NCBI RefSeq assembly: GCF_963921235.1
Contig: NC_086097.1
Span: 112,904,001 to 112,968,000 of the forward strand
Origin: Mobula hypostoma
Taxonomy: Eukaryota
Reading direction: 5' to 3'
Length of the DNA: 64,000 nt
Both the position numbers and the translations under genes were made by a program. The notes under the pieces are model-generated. The model saw nothing but the letters and a program-made list of their open reading frames with translations, did no database searches and was not told the DNA's origin. Every line of letters starts with the position of its first letter. Position 1 is the first letter of the stretch. Shown piece by piece: positions 60,967-64,000 of this stretch.

Positions 60967-62630
60967 CAGAATCAGAATCAGTTTTATTATCATTGTCTTA
61001 TATGATGTGATCTTTACTGCTCTGAGACAGTGGAAAGACAAAGGGTTCAAGGACCATTCAGAAATCTGATGGCAGGGGTGAAGAAACTGTTCCTGAATCA
61101 CTGAGTGTGGGAGGTCAGACTCCTCTACCTCCTCCCTGATGGTAGTAATGAGAGGAGGATATGTCGAAGATGGTGAGGACTCTTAATAATGGATGTCATC
61201 TTTTGAGGCACTGCATTTTGATGATGTCCTTGATGGAGGGGAGGCTTGTGCCCATGAGCTGGCTGAGTCCGTAGCTGTCTGCAGCCTCTAGTGATCCTGT
61301 GCAATACAGCCTTCATACCAGGTGGTGATGCAACCATTCAGATTATTCTCCTCTTTACACCTACAGAAATTTGCAAGAGTCTTTGGTGAATTATCAAATT
61401 TCCTCAAATTCCCAAGGAAGTAGAGCCACTGGCATGCCTTCTTCATGATTGTATGAATGTGCTTCTGGGCCAGGACAGATCCTCTGAGATGTTAACGCCC
61501 AAGAACTTGATGTTACTCACCCTATCCACTGGTGATCACACAATCAGAACTGGTGTGTGTTCTCTCGACTTTCTCTCCCTGAAATCTTCAGTCAATTCCA
61601 TGGTCTTGATTTTCTGCACGGCTCCTGCTGCAACTCTACTCAACCAGCAGATCTCCCTCCTGTATGCCTTCTCATCACTATCTGAGATTATCTGAGTGGC
61701 ATCATCTGTGAAATTATAAATGGCTCCCGGGCCGCGCTTAGCAACATAGTCATGGGTGCAGACAGAGTAGAACAGTGGGCTAAGCACACATCCTTGAGTT
61801 CTGCCTAGGTCGATTGTCCATGAGCAGGAGATGTCGTCACTGATCTGCACTGACTGTGGTTTCCCATTGATGAAATTGAGGATTCAGTTGCAGAGGAAAG
61901 TACAAAGGCCCAAGTTTAGAACCTTGATAATTAGTACTGGGGAAATGATGGGACTGAACGCTGAGCTGTGATTGATAAACAGCAGCCTGACATGTTTCGC
62001 TGATGTCCAGGTGCTGTAGAGGAGGGTGGAGAGCCAGAGAAATTGCATCTGTTGAGGCAGTAGACAAATTTCAAAGGGTGCAGGTCCTTGCTCAAAAAGG
62101 GTTAATTCTAGTCATAACCAACTGTTCGAAGCACTTCATTACGGTCGATTTGGGTGCTACCAGTCAACAGACATTGAAGCAGCTCACCTTGCTCTTTTTG
62201 GGCACCCTGTCCAAGTAGTGGGAACCTCAGACTGGAGCAGGGAGAGGTGGGTGATGCCCTTGAACACTCCACCCACTTGGTCAGAACAGATTTCCAGTAT
62301 CCAGACAGAGACAAATACAATCTCACGGTCTGATGCCTTGAGAGTTCAGCTTTAAAGGATATTCTGAGACAGATCACAGAGACACCAGATGCTCTGAGGA
62401 TTCACACATGCAGAGTTATTTTCCATTACAAAGCATGCACAAGAGTTTCTGAGCTCACCAGGGAGTGAAATACTTACCATTGGCAATTATGCAGCTAAGT
62501 TTCACCTTATAGGAAGTAATGACATGCAAACCCTACACTGCTATTGTGGCATCTGACAGAGGACCTTAATTTCACATGGGATTGCCATTTTGCTCTCACG
62601 GTGTTAGTTACATCTGGACTTCTTGTAGTG
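60967..62630 (-). mobile_element. Degenerate Rex1/Babar LINE (RT to 3' tail)
   Basis: TQGCVLSPLFYSVCTHD...IYNFTDD...DEKAYRREI..L...KTMEL..DFR; (cagaat)n tail. Confidence 0.8.
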
Positions 62631-62964
62631 TTCTAGATCACTGGTCTTGAGCACCACCAATCTGGCAATGTGCAGTCATGGTGCTCCAGTCTTGGAGGGA
62701 ATGGAATTGGTGGTGGGTGGTGTGCCAATGAAGAGGCTTTGTCCTCGATGATGTTGAGCTTCTATGGTTGTTGGAACTGCATTCAACCAGACAATGAAAT
62801 AGTGTTCCATTATTATCCTGACTTGTGCTTAGTAAGTACAATAGGTCCAGTGAAATTTATGGTTGTTGGTGATCCTAGAACGTGGATGATAAATGTAATG
62901 TAATTGTACTACCACCAGATGCCAACAATAGACGTTTAGACTCTCTCTTCTTGGGAATGCTCAT

Positions 62965-63013
62965 TGTCTGGAACCCTCGTGGTGGAAATGTCTGGAACCC
63001 TCGTGGTGGGAAA
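62965..63013. repeat. 24-bp tandem duplication
   Basis: tgtctggaaccctcgtggtgg starts at 62965 and again at 62989. Confidence 0.85.
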
Positions 63014-63322
63014 ACCTGCCAATTAATCAGCGAGTACCTGACTGTTGTCTTTATCTGTCTGTACATCGATATGGACTACTTCACTGACTGAGGCTCCAAA
63101 GTAGAAACAAAAATTGTAAACTCAGTGAATGTCCCCTCTTCTGAACATGGGGCAGTCAATTATGAGGCAGCTGAAAGCTGGGCCAAGGGCACTGGCCCAC
63201 AGAAATTTTGCAGCCTCGTGCTGTGGCTAGATTGACACACATCCAATTACTACTACCACCTTCATTAATGCAAAATATGCCTTCTTTGAGTGTATTTTCC
63301 CCTTTGTGCCCATCAATATCCG

Positions 63323-64000
63323 TGAAACCCCTTTTTACCGGGTGTCTCTAGGGATGCATCTTGTGGCCTCTCACTAACAGTCAACCAATTCAGTGGTGAG
63401 TAAACTACCTTTCTCAGACCCCATATGTCTTAGGTCCTGCTAAACCATGAGGTCGGGACGTCTCACCCACCCGAAACCTGATTTGAGTGAGTACTGTGTA
63501 ATACAGTATAGCTCTCCCATGCAATCACCTGGCAGCAAGAAATAACAGACCATACACGGCATACGATTATAAAGAAAGTACATTTATGAATGTTAACCTA
63601 ACCAAACAGTTATGAAAGAAAAGGAAAAAAATAAAAGGGCCCATTATAATTGAACAGTCAAATGTGCACTTAAGTTGGAGCTCATCTTAGAGTTGCCTTG
63701 AACTCATGTGCTGAACCCTTGGTCTGTGTGAATGCACACACCACCTTCCGAATGTTGCTCAAAATCTATCTCAAATGAACAGGCTCTCCCATGAAAGCAT
63801 TGGTCCTTCCTCCTTGAAGCCATTCATCTGCACCCAACACCTTCTGCAACAGGGATGGCATCCTCAGCCTTCTTCCCTCCTGGCCTCTCCCAGCTCCCCC
63901 CAAGAAGTCTTCAACCTACACCAGTGTTCATCACAAAAACCTCTCCACCCAGCGTTCCCCGGAACCTTCTCCCAATTCCACCATCCTGATTGGCTGGCGC
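63323..64000 (-). mobile_element. LTR of the same family as 3939-5845, running off the window end
   Basis: The reverse complement shares ccaat...gatggtggaa, ctccaactt..gtgcacatttgac, aatgggccc, aatcgtatgc, tctgttatttcttg and the ...ggggyttCA terminus. Confidence 0.75.

Noticed and set aside
62630..63260. Decayed LINE-like segment on the minus strand
   Set aside because: Too degenerate to assign a clade or boundaries with confidence.

Overview
Vertebrate genomic DNA, repeat-dense and almost entirely intronic. The repeat families look like those of a cartilaginous fish, probably a ray; this is inference from recall, not a search. The only host gene I can support is RIMS2 on the minus strand. 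It contributes a 214-bp zinc-finger exon (33229-33442) and a 12-nt EDKV microexon (21431-21442). The rest is a nested mosaic of CR1, Rex1/Babar and RTE LINE relics, Penelope-like elements (PLEs), V-SINE-type SINEs, solo LTRs, and Harbinger, hAT and Tc1 derivatives. Four things stand out. (1) A TSD-flanked 551-bp non-coding retroelement (16535-17085) starts exactly at G1 of a well-formed HDV-like ribozyme fold. (2) Minimal hammerhead ribozyme motifs occur in the PLE terminal repeat and in several dispersed short copies. (3) A TG...CA solo LTR with a 5-bp TSD has been inflated to 7.6 kb by an internal minisatellite. (4) The microexon carries a neural-type splicing signature. All folds and alignments were done by eye. 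Boundaries of old repeats are approximate.
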